Below the pieces are notes generated by a model. The model ran no database searches. It was not told where the DNA came from and worked only from the letters and a program-made list of their open reading frames with translations. Shown piece by piece: positions 10,079 to 19,424 of a stretch of 64,000 bases of DNA. The position numbers were made by a program, and so were the translations under genes. Position 1 is the stretch's first letter; the number at the start of each line of letters is the position of its first letter. This stretch comes from an uncultured Chlorobiaceae bacterium (GTDB lineage Bacteria; Bacteroidota; Ignavibacteria; UBA10030; SZUA-254), in NCBI GenBank assembly GCA_964512655.1, contig CAZEJT010000005.1, positions 135,559 through 199,558 of the forward strand. Direction: 5' to 3'.

Positions 10079-11038
10079 ATGTACGGGCACGACGAACATC
10101 TTTGGGGAATTATCCTCGCCGGAGGCGAAGGGAAGCGGCTGCAGCCTTTCATCAAGGCGGAATACGGCGAGAACTGTCCCAAACAATACTGCACGTTCAC
10201 CGGCACGAGATCGATGCTGCGCCACACGATCGATCGGGCCGAAAAGGCGATACCTCAGGACCGCTTACTCACCGTCGTGACAAGGGCACATCTAGAATAC
10301 GCGTACGTGCAGCTGATCGACCAGCCCGCTGAGAATATCATCGTCCAGCCGGAGAGCAGGGAAACGGCGCCGGGGATTCTCTATCCTCTCCTTCATATCT
10401 ATGAGAGAGATCCCGACGCCACTGTCTGCCTCTTCCCTTCTGACCATTTCGTGGTTCATGAAGAGCGCTTCATGGCGCACGTTCGCTTTGCCTCCGATAT
10501 TGTGGGACAGCACCGCGATAACGTGGTCCTTCTTGGCATCGAGCCGGCACGCCCGGTGGGCGACTATGGCTGGATAGTGAATGGCGAAACGCTCATCAAC
10601 CGGGATGGGATGCGGCTCTCCTCGGTCGAGCATTTCCTCGAAAAACCCGGTCAGGATACGGCAATTCGCCTCTTCCGGACCGGGGCGCTCTGGAATACGC
10701 TCGTTGTTGTAAGTTATGCCAAAGTTTTGCTACAATTGTTCGAATCCTTCACCCCCCGACTCTATCAGGCCTTCTCAGGTCTGCGTAAGGCGCTCAGTTC
10801 GCCGCAGGAGGAACATGTTGCCGAGTCGCTCTATTCGAGGTTGCCGCAGATGAATTTCTCCCATGAGATTCTCAGCCAGAACTTTGCCGGACGCCGGTCT
10901 CTCAGCGTGAGCGGCGTGTACTGGAGCGATTGGGGAGACGCCTCCCGGGTCGTGTCTGACCTTGCGAGATTCTGTCAACCCAAAGCCGTGGCAGGATCGA
11001 TGAGCAGGCTCGTCGAGCCCATCCGGATCGCAGGATAA
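10079..11038 (+). CDS. sugar-phosphate nucleotidyltransferase (mannose-1-phosphate guanylyltransferase-like)
   Basis: The N-terminus carries the LWGIILAGGEGKRLQPF motif (G-x-G-x-R-L nucleotide-binding). A ~320-aa length fits the family. The start could instead be the ATG at 10031. Confidence 0.6.
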   Translation: MYGHDEHLWGIILAGGEGKRLQPFIKAEYGENCPKQYCTFTGTRSMLRHTIDRAEKAIPQDRLLTVVTRAHLEYAYVQLIDQPAENIIVQPESRETAPGILYPLLHIYERDPDATVCLFPSDHFVVHEERFMAHVRFASDIVGQHRDNVVLLGIEPARPVGDYGWIVNGETLINRDGMRLSSVEHFLEKPGQDTAIRLFRTGALWNTLVVVSYAKVLLQLFESFTPRLYQAFSGLRKALSSPQEEHVAESLYSRLPQMNFSHEILSQNFAGRRSLSVSGVYWSDWGDASRVVSDLARFCQPKAVAGSMSRLVEPIRIAG

Positions 11039-11043
11039 GACCG

Positions 11044-12384
11044 ATGGCAAACCCACAGAGGATCATCATACTCGGCGGCGGCTTTGGCGGGATGTATGCC
11101 GCTCTCGAACTGGAAAGACAGCTCGCAAACGACTCTTCGATCGAGATCACGCTGGTCAACAAGGATAATTTTTTCCTGTTCACCCCCATGCTCCACGAGG
11201 TGGCGGCGAGCGACCTTGATCCTACTACGATTGTGAATCCGGTTCGCAAACTTCTCCGGAAAGTTCAGTTTTTCAACGGCCCGGTCGACGCAGTCGATCT
11301 TCCAAACAAAACGGTAACAGTATCGCACGGCGACGACGGTCATTCGCACGTTTTGCGTTACGATCATTTGATCCTGGCGCTTGGGACAATCACAAATTTC
11401 TATAATATTCCCGGCCTGAAAGAGCGGGCGCTCACGATTAAATCCCTGGGCGACGCCATCATGCTGCGCAACCGGCTCATCGCAAACCTCGAACAGGCAG
11501 ATTTTGAGTGCGTCGCCCCCTCCCGGCAGAATCTATTAACTTTCGTCGTCGCAGGGGGCGGGTTTGCCGGCGTCGAAACAGTAGCCGGCATTAACGATTT
11601 TCTTCACGAGGCCATTCCGTTCTACCCTCATCTCTCCCGAAAGGACCTCAGGGTTGTATTGGTTCATTCCGGGGAAGTGATCCTCCCGGAATTGGGAGAG
11701 AAACTCGGCCGCTACGCAATGGAAAAGCTTTCGGCGAGAAATATCGAGATCATTACCGGCACGAAAGTCACGAAAATAGACAACCACAGCGTACAACTCG
11801 GGAACGGAATGGAAATCCCTTCTGATACGCTTATCTGGACCGCCGGGACGTCTCCAAACCCCCTAATGACTACGCTCACCTGCAAGACCGACCGCGGAAA
11901 ACTCCCGGTCGATGAGTTCCTCCAGGTCGAGGGGTGGCCCGGCGTATGGGCAATTGGCGACTGCGCGGTGATCCCGGACTCCACAACCGGCAAGTCGTGC
12001 CCGCCGACGGCTCAACACGCGTTGCGTCAGGGGAGGGTCCTTGCCCACAACGTCATTGCCGCGATCAAAGGGGGCAAGAAGAAAAACTTCCGTTTCAAGA
12101 CACTCGGCCAGCTGGCGTCGATCGGCCGGCGTACAGGAGTGGCGCGCATTCTTGGCGTCAACTTCTCAGGGTTCGTCGCCTGGTGGCTGTGGCGGACGAT
12201 CTACCTATCCAAACTTCCGCGCGTGGAGAAACGGCTGCGGGTGACGCTCGATTGGACCCTTGATCTATTTTTCTCGAAGGACCTTGTGCAGTTCAACACC
12301 TATCGCGCACCGACTATCTCCCACACGAACGATAACGGTCATATCGATCACGACGTGATGGCAGAGGAACATCATCGGGCGTAA
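11044..12384 (+). CDS. ndh: type II NADH:quinone oxidoreductase (NDH-2)
   Basis: Two dinucleotide-binding motifs are present (RIIILGGGFGGMYAA and FVVAGGGFAGVE). The ~445-aa size and the amphipathic C-terminal region are typical of NDH-2. Confidence 0.75.
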   Translation: MANPQRIIILGGGFGGMYAALELERQLANDSSIEITLVNKDNFFLFTPMLHEVAASDLDPTTIVNPVRKLLRKVQFFNGPVDAVDLPNKTVTVSHGDDGHSHVLRYDHLILALGTITNFYNIPGLKERALTIKSLGDAIMLRNRLIANLEQADFECVAPSRQNLLTFVVAGGGFAGVETVAGINDFLHEAIPFYPHLSRKDLRVVLVHSGEVILPELGEKLGRYAMEKLSARNIEIITGTKVTKIDNHSVQLGNGMEIPSDTLIWTAGTSPNPLMTTLTCKTDRGKLPVDEFLQVEGWPGVWAIGDCAVIPDSTTGKSCPPTAQHALRQGRVLAHNVIAAIKGGKKKNFRFKTLGQLASIGRRTGVARILGVNFSGFVAWWLWRTIYLSKLPRVEKRLRVTLDWTLDLFFSKDLVQFNTYRAPTISHTNDNGHIDHDVMAEEHHRA

Positions 12385-12466
12385 TGACGACTAAGAATAG
12401 ACGAGGACCGTCTTTTGACGATTTATTCGGCTGGAAACCTAAACGGCACATTTCAATACTACTGAT

Positions 12467-15136
12467 ATGACTGAAGAAAAGAGACGACTCAAGGAATCAG
12501 CAACCGGTAAAGCTCCATGGAAAAAGTGGGGCCCCTATCTCACCGAGCGGCAGTGGGGTACTGTGCGCGAGGATTATAGCACGTACGGCACCGCCTGGGA
12601 CTACCTCACTCACGACGCAGCCCGGAGCAAGGCGTACCGTTGGGGAGAAGAGGGAATCGCCGGCATCAGCGACGAGAACCAGCTCCTCTGTTTCTCATTA
12701 GCCCTCTGGAACGGGAAGGACCCCATCATAAAGGAGCGCCTCTTTGGTCTGTCCGGAAGCGAGGGAAACCACGGCGAGGACGTCAAAGAGCTCTATTACT
12801 ATCTCGATAATACGCCTACGCATTCCTACATGAAGATGCTGTACAAGTATCCGCAGGCGGAGTTCCCCTACTCCGACCTCGTCGATGAAAATCGCCGGCG
12901 CGGCAGAGGCCTGCCCGAGTACGAGTTGATGGATACCGGAATTTTCGATCACGACAGGTACTTCGACGTATTTGTGGAATATGCCAAGGCGTCTCCCGAG
13001 GATTTGCTAATCCGCATCACGGTCCACAACCGCGGTCCCGAGGATGCAGAGATTCACGTTCTGCCGACTCTGTGGTATCGCAACACCTGGGCCTGGGGAT
13101 ACGACACTTACAAGCCCGGACTCGCGGCGGCTGGAAACGTGATCGAGGCCGATCATCGCGAGCTGGGGAAGCGGTGGCTCTATTGCGACCGTGTCGATGA
13201 TCTGCTCTTTTGCGAGAATGAAACACACCTGGGGCGGCTCCACGGCGTCCGGGGTGTCACCGGATTCTTCAAGGATGGGATCAACAATTATGTAGCCGGG
13301 AGAGACAAAACTGCTGTCAATCCCCACAAGAAAGGAACCCGGGCTGCTGTGGACGCGCTCCTCACGGTTCCCGCCCGCAAGTCCGTCTCAGTGCGTCTGC
13401 GGCTTACGGACACTCGTCAGCACCTCCCTTTTTCCGGATTTGATGAGATTTTCGCTCTTCGTCAGACGGAAGCCGACGGATTTTATGGCGAGCTGCAGGC
13501 CGATATGGAGAACGAAGATGCCAGGAACGTGCAGCGGCAGGCGTTTGCAGGCATGTTGTGGTCGAAGCAGTTCTATTACTACGACATCCCGCAGTGGCAG
13601 AAAGGGGATCCGGGCCAGCCCGCTCCTCCTCCCGAGCGGCAGCGTGGGCGCAACCATGAATGGATCCACCTGAACAACGCAGACATCATCTCGATGCCCG
13701 ACAAGTGGGAATATCCCTGGTACGCCGCCTGGGACCTTGCTTTCCACGCGATCCCGCTTTCGATGATCGACCCCGAATTTGCGAAAGAGCAGTTGACTCT
13801 CCTTACACGCGAGTGGTACATGCATCCGAACGGCCAGCTTCCGGCATACGAGTGGGCGTTCGGTGACGTGAATCCTCCGGTCCACGCCTGGGCGGCGTGG
13901 AGGGTCTTCAAAATCGACGCGAAGATGAGCGGGAAATCCGACATCGCTTTCCTCGAAGGGATGTTTCACAAACTCCTCTTGAACTTTACGTGGTGGGTCA
14001 ACCGGAAAGACGAGGAGGGACACAATATCTTTCAGGGGGGCTTCCTTGGGTTAGACAACATCGGGGTCTTCGACCGGAGCGCGATGCTGCCCACCGGCGG
14101 ACACATCGAACAGGCCGACGGCACGAGCTGGATGGCGATGTATTCTCTGAACATGATGCGGATCTCGCTCGAACTTGCGCAGACGAAGCCTGTGTACCAG
14201 GACATGGCGACCAAATTCTTCGAGCACTTCCTCTACATCGCCGGCGCTATCGCGAACATCGGCGGGGAAGGGATCGATCTCTGGGACAGCGAAGATGAGT
14301 TTTTCTACGACGTCCTGCACACTCCCCACGGGCTCACCCCGCTCAAGATACGCTCGATGGTGGGACTCATCCCTCTCTTTGCCGTCGAGACGCTCGAGCC
14401 GGAGCTCCTCGAGAAAGTCCCCGATTTCAAGCGGCGCATGGAGTGGTTCCTTGGCTATCGGCCAGATCTGGCAAACCTCGTCTCCCGGTGGCGTGAGCCC
14501 GGAACGGGCGACCGAAGGCTCCTCTCGCTTCTGCGCGGTCATCGAATGAAGCGCATTCTCAAGCGGATGCTCGACGAAACGGAATTTCTCTCCGATTACG
14601 GCGTGCGCGCGCTTTCGCGCTATCATAAGGATCACCCATACGTCTTTTACGCCAACGGGGATGCCTTGACGGTGGAGTATCAGCCGGCCGAGTGCAACTC
14701 AGGCTTATTCGGAGGCAACTCGAACTGGCGGGGGCCGATCTGGTTTCCGGTGAATTTCCTCATCATCGAATCGCTCCAGAAATTCCACCACTATTACGGC
14801 GACGACTTCAAGATCGAGTCTCCGACAGGCTCAGGGCAGTACATCACCATCAATGATACCGCCGATGAGCTTGCCCGGCGGCTCACAAAGATATTCCTGA
14901 GAGACGAAGATGGGAAACGCCCGGTCCTGGGGCCGAACGAAAAGCTCCAGCGCGATCCGAACTTCCGCGACTATGTCCTATTCCACGAATACTTTAACGG
15001 AGACACGGGGGCCGGGGTTGGGGCCTCTCACCAGACGGGGTGGACGGGGATCATCGCGAAACTGCTCCAGCCAAGAAAAATGCGGGAGAGGGCGCAAGCA
15101 ACACAATCAATCATCGAACACGAACAATACGCTTAA
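12467..15136 (+). CDS. GH63-like glycoside hydrolase (bacterial mannosylglycerate/glucosylglycerate hydrolase or processing alpha-glucosidase homologue)
   Basis: The 889-aa protein has N-terminal [21 protein letters not shown] and a central (alpha/alpha)6-like region that resemble the MGH/GH63 family. The assignment is from memory. Confidence 0.55.
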   Translation: MTEEKRRLKESATGKAPWKKWGPYLTERQWGTVREDYSTYGTAWDYLTHDAARSKAYRWGEEGIAGISDENQLLCFSLALWNGKDPIIKERLFGLSGSEGNHGEDVKELYYYLDNTPTHSYMKMLYKYPQAEFPYSDLVDENRRRGRGLPEYELMDTGIFDHDRYFDVFVEYAKASPEDLLIRITVHNRGPEDAEIHVLPTLWYRNTWAWGYDTYKPGLAAAGNVIEADHRELGKRWLYCDRVDDLLFCENETHLGRLHGVRGVTGFFKDGINNYVAGRDKTAVNPHKKGTRAAVDALLTVPARKSVSVRLRLTDTRQHLPFSGFDEIFALRQTEADGFYGELQADMENEDARNVQRQAFAGMLWSKQFYYYDIPQWQKGDPGQPAPPPERQRGRNHEWIHLNNADIISMPDKWEYPWYAAWDLAFHAIPLSMIDPEFAKEQLTLLTREWYMHPNGQLPAYEWAFGDVNPPVHAWAAWRVFKIDAKMSGKSDIAFLEGMFHKLLLNFTWWVNRKDEEGHNIFQGGFLGLDNIGVFDRSAMLPTGGHIEQADGTSWMAMYSLNMMRISLELAQTKPVYQDMATKFFEHFLYIAGAIANIGGEGIDLWDSEDEFFYDVLHTPHGLTPLKIRSMVGLIPLFAVETLEPELLEKVPDFKRRMEWFLGYRPDLANLVSRWREPGTGDRRLLSLLRGHRMKRILKRMLDETEFLSDYGVRALSRYHKDHPYVFYANGDALTVEYQPAECNSGLFGGNSNWRGPIWFPVNFLIIESLQKFHHYYGDDFKIESPTGSGQYITINDTADELARRLTKIFLRDEDGKRPVLGPNEKLQRDPNFRDYVLFHEYFNGDTGAGVGASHQTGWTGIIAKLLQPRKMRERAQATQSIIEHEQYA

Positions 15137-15148
15137 GGGACACGACGC

Positions 15149-16309
15149 ATGAAGGCAATATCAGTCATTCCAGGTAAAGCAAACTCGATCCACCTCCGGG
15201 ATATCCCAAAACCCAATGTCAGCGAAATAGCGGGCGGGCGCGGAGTCCTTGTCAAAGTCCTGCGAGTGGGCGTCGACGGGACCGACAAGGAGATCAATAT
15301 GGCGGAATACGGGCAGGCGCCGCCCGGATTCGACTATCTCGTCATCGGGCACGAGTCGTTCGGGATCGTCGAGGAAGTGGGAGAAAACGTCACCGAGCTC
15401 AGGAATGGGGATTTCGTCGTTGCGACCGTACGCCGCCCCGGCAAGTCGATATATGACCAGATCGGCACGTATGACATGACAACCGAAGATACCTACTACG
15501 AGCGCGGCATCAACCTCCGGCACGGATTCCTGGCGGAGTACTATGTCGACTCTCCGGAATATATCGTGAAGATCCCTTCGGGTCTGAAAGGCATCGGCGT
15601 TCTGATGGAACCGATGAGCGTCGCTCAAAAGGGGATCATCCAGGCGTATGAGATTCAGCGGCGGCTGCGGGTTTGGCGGCCGCGCAAGGCCGCGGTGATG
15701 GGCTCGGGAACGCTTGGCCTCCTCGCAACGATGGCCCTTCGCTTACGGGGGCTGGAAGTAACAACGTTTGGCCGGAACATTTCTCCGTATCTGAACGCCT
15801 CGCTCGTCGAAGAGCTCGGCGCGAGATACATCTCAACCGCTCAGACGTCGATTGCCGAGGCAGCCTCAGAACACGGACCCTTCGACATTATATTCGAGGG
15901 CACCGGCAGCTCTGCGGTTGTATTCGAATCAGCAAACATCCTGGGAAAGAACGGTGTGCTCATCCTCTCGAGCATTACCGGCGGCGGCAAGAAGCTCGAG
16001 ATCCCCGCCGATAAGATCAATCTTGATTTCGTACTCGGAAACAAGGTCATGTTCGGAACTGTGAATGCCAACCGGGAATACTTCGAATCCGGCGCAAAGG
16101 ACCTGTCACAGTCCGAATTGCAGTTCCCGGGCTGGCTCGGTAAGCTCCTCACACACCCTGTCATGGGTTTGGAAAACTACGAAGAGATGATCAAGACGCT
16201 TACGATGGGTCAGGGAGCGATCAAGGTCTATATGGAGGTTGCACCCCTTCCATCGTCAACCAACGGGGAACGAGCGGTGGCCCGGGAAGTTGTGATGCCG
16301 GTGTCTTAA
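15149..16309 (+). CDS. zinc-dependent MDR-family glucose 1-dehydrogenase (archaeal-type)
   Basis: The N-terminus ([10 protein letters not shown]...[10 protein letters not shown]...[12 protein letters not shown]) resembles archaeal glucose dehydrogenases of the medium-chain dehydrogenase family. A GSGTLG Rossmann motif is present. Confidence 0.6.
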   Translation: MKAISVIPGKANSIHLRDIPKPNVSEIAGGRGVLVKVLRVGVDGTDKEINMAEYGQAPPGFDYLVIGHESFGIVEEVGENVTELRNGDFVVATVRRPGKSIYDQIGTYDMTTEDTYYERGINLRHGFLAEYYVDSPEYIVKIPSGLKGIGVLMEPMSVAQKGIIQAYEIQRRLRVWRPRKAAVMGSGTLGLLATMALRLRGLEVTTFGRNISPYLNASLVEELGARYISTAQTSIAEAASEHGPFDIIFEGTGSSAVVFESANILGKNGVLILSSITGGGKKLEIPADKINLDFVLGNKVMFGTVNANREYFESGAKDLSQSELQFPGWLGKLLTHPVMGLENYEEMIKTLTMGQGAIKVYMEVAPLPSSTNGERAVAREVVMPVS

Positions 16310-16373
16310 TCCGTGCGAATCCCCTTGAAACCGGAGAAAGATCCCGCCCTACTCAATACTTGAGGAGGAACCA

Positions 16374-18692
16374 ATGACGAACAATATAAAGGAAGGCTCC
16401 ACCTCGCCGGACGATTCTGTGTTGGACCAAGCGTCGGCGAACCAGACCCCTGGGATCCATCCTGAAATGGCTGATGGTCGATCAGAAATCCCGGGGGAAA
16501 CCGAACCTAGCCCTGTTGATCCCCAGGACGTCGACCGCGGAGTAGCCGACTCCGGGCCTGTGGGTCCTCGAGGAGTCAATGTCGAAGCACCCATTCCGGG
16601 ACCAATTCCTCCCGGAGAGGTAGCTCCTGGAGCTGCAGTCTTAGGAGCGAAGATTCCGAAATCCGCAAGGACCTTTCAGATAGCCCCGGGTCCAAAGGGC
16701 AATAGACTCCCGGGGAGTATCTCATTTGGCCGGGAGATCTGCGGTGATCTCTCCCAATCCGAATCCAGGGAGTGGCTCGTCACGAACGGTATCGGAGGCT
16801 ACGCTTCGGGTACGATCGCCGGCCTGTTGACGCGCCGCTATCATGGGATCCTCGTCGCGGCCCTCAAGCCGCCTCTTGGCCGCACGCTTCTCGTCGCGAA
16901 GCTCGATGACTATGCCTCCTACGACGGATCCGAGTATCCACTCTCGACGAATCGATGGACTGACGGATCGGTAACGGATGAAGGATATAAGAACATCGAG
17001 CAGTTCACTCTCGAAGGGACCACTCCTGTCTGGACCTACGCTTGCGGGGATGCCCTCCTGGAAAAGAGAATATTCATGCGTCGCGGTGAGAACACCACGT
17101 ACGTCTTGTACACTCTCCGCCGGGCATCCGGGCCGCTTGACCTGAGAATAGAGTCGTTTGTGAACTACCGCGATTACCACGGCGGCACAAGTCACGGCGA
17201 CTGGCGCATGCAGATCGAGCTGGTTAATCTCGGACTGCGTATCTCTCCGTTCGATGGCGCGATTCCATTCTATCTTCTTTCCGAACGAGGCGACATCCGC
17301 CAGGATCACACTTGGTATGAACGGTACGATCTGGCTCTCGAGAGATACCGCGGCCTTTCAGCGGGGGAGGATCACCTGCATTGCGCAACAATCACCACAA
17401 CGCTTCAACCCGGAGAGTCATTCACCGTTGTCGCCACCACGGAAAAAGACACCGACCTCCGGGGTGAGTCTGAATATCTTATCCGAAGGGACTACGAGGA
17501 ATCCCTCATCCCGAAGTCCGGAAACGGAAACGAGAGCGCCGCGGCGCCGTCGTGGATCAATCAGCTCTCGCTTTCCGCCGATCAGTTCATCGTGGATCGG
17601 CCTTCAGAGCACGATCCCCGCGGAAAATCGATCATCGCCGGATATCATTGGTTCGGCGATTGGGGAAGAGATACGATGATCAGTCTTCCGGGCCTCACAC
17701 TCGAGACTGGGAGGCCCGAGATAGCACGTTCGATCCTGCGGACATTCGCCCAATACGTCGACAAGGGTATGTTGCCCAACCGGTTCCCCGACGCGGGAGA
17801 GAAACCCGAGTACAACACCGTCGATGCAACGTTATGGTACCTGGAGGCGCTCCGGTCGTATCATGATGTCACCGGAGACGACACGTTGCTGGTAGAGCTT
17901 TACCCCATCCTTGAAGAGATCATCGATTGGCACGAGCAAGGGACGCGCTACGGCATCCATGTCGATCCTGCCGACGGACTCCTCTATGCGGGAGAAGAAG
18001 GCGTACAGTTGACCTGGATGGATGCCAAGATCGGCGACTGGGTCGTGACCCCGAGAATCGGCAAACCGATAGAAGTAAACGGACTCTGGTATAATGCGCT
18101 CGTTGCAATGCAGTGGTTTGCGGAATCTCTGGGGAAACCGTATAAGCGGTATGAGCTCCTCGCGTTGAGGGCGGCGGCGGGATTTATGAAGTTCTGGAGC
18201 GAAGAGGACGGATATTGTTTCGATGTGATCGACGGCCCGAATGGGAGGGATGCTTCGCTTCGCCCCAACCAGATTATCGCCGCATCGCTACCGGCAACAC
18301 CCCTGCTCGAATCACAGCGGCGGCAGATCGTGGATGTGTGCGCGAGATCGCTCCTCACATCGTTCGGTCTGCGGAGTCTTGCGAAGGACAACCCGTCCTA
18401 CGTCGGCCACTATGGCGGCGACCAATATCTGCGCGACAGCGCTTACCACCAGGGAACAGTGTGGGGTTGGCTCCTGGGGCCTTTTGCCATCGCCCACTAT
18501 TCCGTGTACAGAGACAAGGAAGCGGCACGATCGTTCCTCCTCCCGATGGAACATCATCTCAAGGCGCACGGACTGGGAACGATGAGCGAGATCTTCGACG
18601 GGGACGCCCCCTTCCAGCCGCGTGGGTGCATCGCCCAGGCGTGGACGGTAGCGGAAACGCTGAGAGCGTGGAATTATATCAACGGAGCATAA
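16374..18692 (+). CDS. amylo-alpha-1,6-glucosidase (glycogen debranching enzyme, archaeal type) with Pro/Gly-rich N-terminal extension
   Basis: A strong RBS (GAGGAGGAACCA) precedes the ATG. The central/C-terminal YHWFGDWGRDTMISLPG and (alpha/alpha)6 pattern match the GDE_C / amylo-alpha-1,6-glucosidase family. The first ~115 aa are low-complexity and P/G-rich. Confidence 0.7.
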   Translation: MTNNIKEGSTSPDDSVLDQASANQTPGIHPEMADGRSEIPGETEPSPVDPQDVDRGVADSGPVGPRGVNVEAPIPGPIPPGEVAPGAAVLGAKIPKSARTFQIAPGPKGNRLPGSISFGREICGDLSQSESREWLVTNGIGGYASGTIAGLLTRRYHGILVAALKPPLGRTLLVAKLDDYASYDGSEYPLSTNRWTDGSVTDEGYKNIEQFTLEGTTPVWTYACGDALLEKRIFMRRGENTTYVLYTLRRASGPLDLRIESFVNYRDYHGGTSHGDWRMQIELVNLGLRISPFDGAIPFYLLSERGDIRQDHTWYERYDLALERYRGLSAGEDHLHCATITTTLQPGESFTVVATTEKDTDLRGESEYLIRRDYEESLIPKSGNGNESAAAPSWINQLSLSADQFIVDRPSEHDPRGKSIIAGYHWFGDWGRDTMISLPGLTLETGRPEIARSILRTFAQYVDKGMLPNRFPDAGEKPEYNTVDATLWYLEALRSYHDVTGDDTLLVELYPILEEIIDWHEQGTRYGIHVDPADGLLYAGEEGVQLTWMDAKIGDWVVTPRIGKPIEVNGLWYNALVAMQWFAESLGKPYKRYELLALRAAAGFMKFWSEEDGYCFDVIDGPNGRDASLRPNQIIAASLPATPLLESQRRQIVDVCARSLLTSFGLRSLAKDNPSYVGHYGGDQYLRDSAYHQGTVWGWLLGPFAIAHYSVYRDKEAARSFLLPMEHHLKAHGLGTMSEIFDGDAPFQPRGCIAQAWTVAETLRAWNYINGA

Positions 18693-18707
18693 CCCGGAGG
18701 CGCCCCG

Positions 18708-19424
18708 CTAGAGCTCTTCACTCAACTTGTATCCTATCCCCCTGAGGGTCAGGATGTATCTGGGGTTCTCCGCGTCGTCCTCGATCTTTGCGCGGAGCCG
18801 GTTAATGTGAGTGTTGATCGTGTGGTCGTAGCCGGCATAATCGTATCCCCACACCTGTTCCAGCAATTGCTCACGGGTATAGCATTTCCCTGGATGTGAG
18901 ATAAAGAGCTTCAGAAGCTCGAACTCCTTCGCCGTCAATTCCACCGGCTTTCCTCCCTTCATGACTTTATACTTTTCCAGGTCGATCACCAGGTTTCCGA
19001 GCTTCATCGGCGCGGCAGAGCCCTGCCGGGATGGCCCCTTGTCGCTCTTTTCGATTCGCCGGACGATTGCCTTCACGCGTGCGATCAGCTCGCGGATGCT
19101 GAAGGGTTTCGTCAGGTAATCGTCGGCGCCCAGCTCAAGGCCGAGCACCTTGTCGAGTTCTTCCGACCGCGAGGTGAGCATCAGAATGGCGCTCTCCACC
19201 TTGTCTTCCCGCATAGACTTGCAGATTTCCATTCCGTCGGTTCCCGGAAGATTAACGTCGAGGATGACCAGATCGAACTTTCCGCTGAGAGCTTTCTTCA
19301 GGCCCTGGTCTCCGTCTGCGACCCACTCACAGGCATACCCCTGGTCGCACAGCTGAAGCCTGACGACCTCCGCGATATCCTTGTTATCCTCGACGATAAG
19401 TATTTTTCTGGGGCTCGCCTTCAT
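18708..19424 (-). CDS. OmpR-family response regulator
   Basis: A receiver domain (ILIVEDN...DLVILDVNLPGTDG...) is followed by a C-terminal winged helix (YILTLRGIGYKL). The start overlaps the upstream kinase gene stop. Confidence 0.85.
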   Translation of the reverse strand: MKASPRKILIVEDNKDIAEVVRLQLCDQGYACEWVADGDQGLKKALSGKFDLVILDVNLPGTDGMEICKSMREDKVESAILMLTSRSEELDKVLGLELGADDYLTKPFSIRELIARVKAIVRRIEKSDKGPSRQGSAAPMKLGNLVIDLEKYKVMKGGKPVELTAKEFELLKLFISHPGKCYTREQLLEQVWGYDYAGYDHTINTHINRLRAKIEDDAENPRYILTLRGIGYKLSEEL

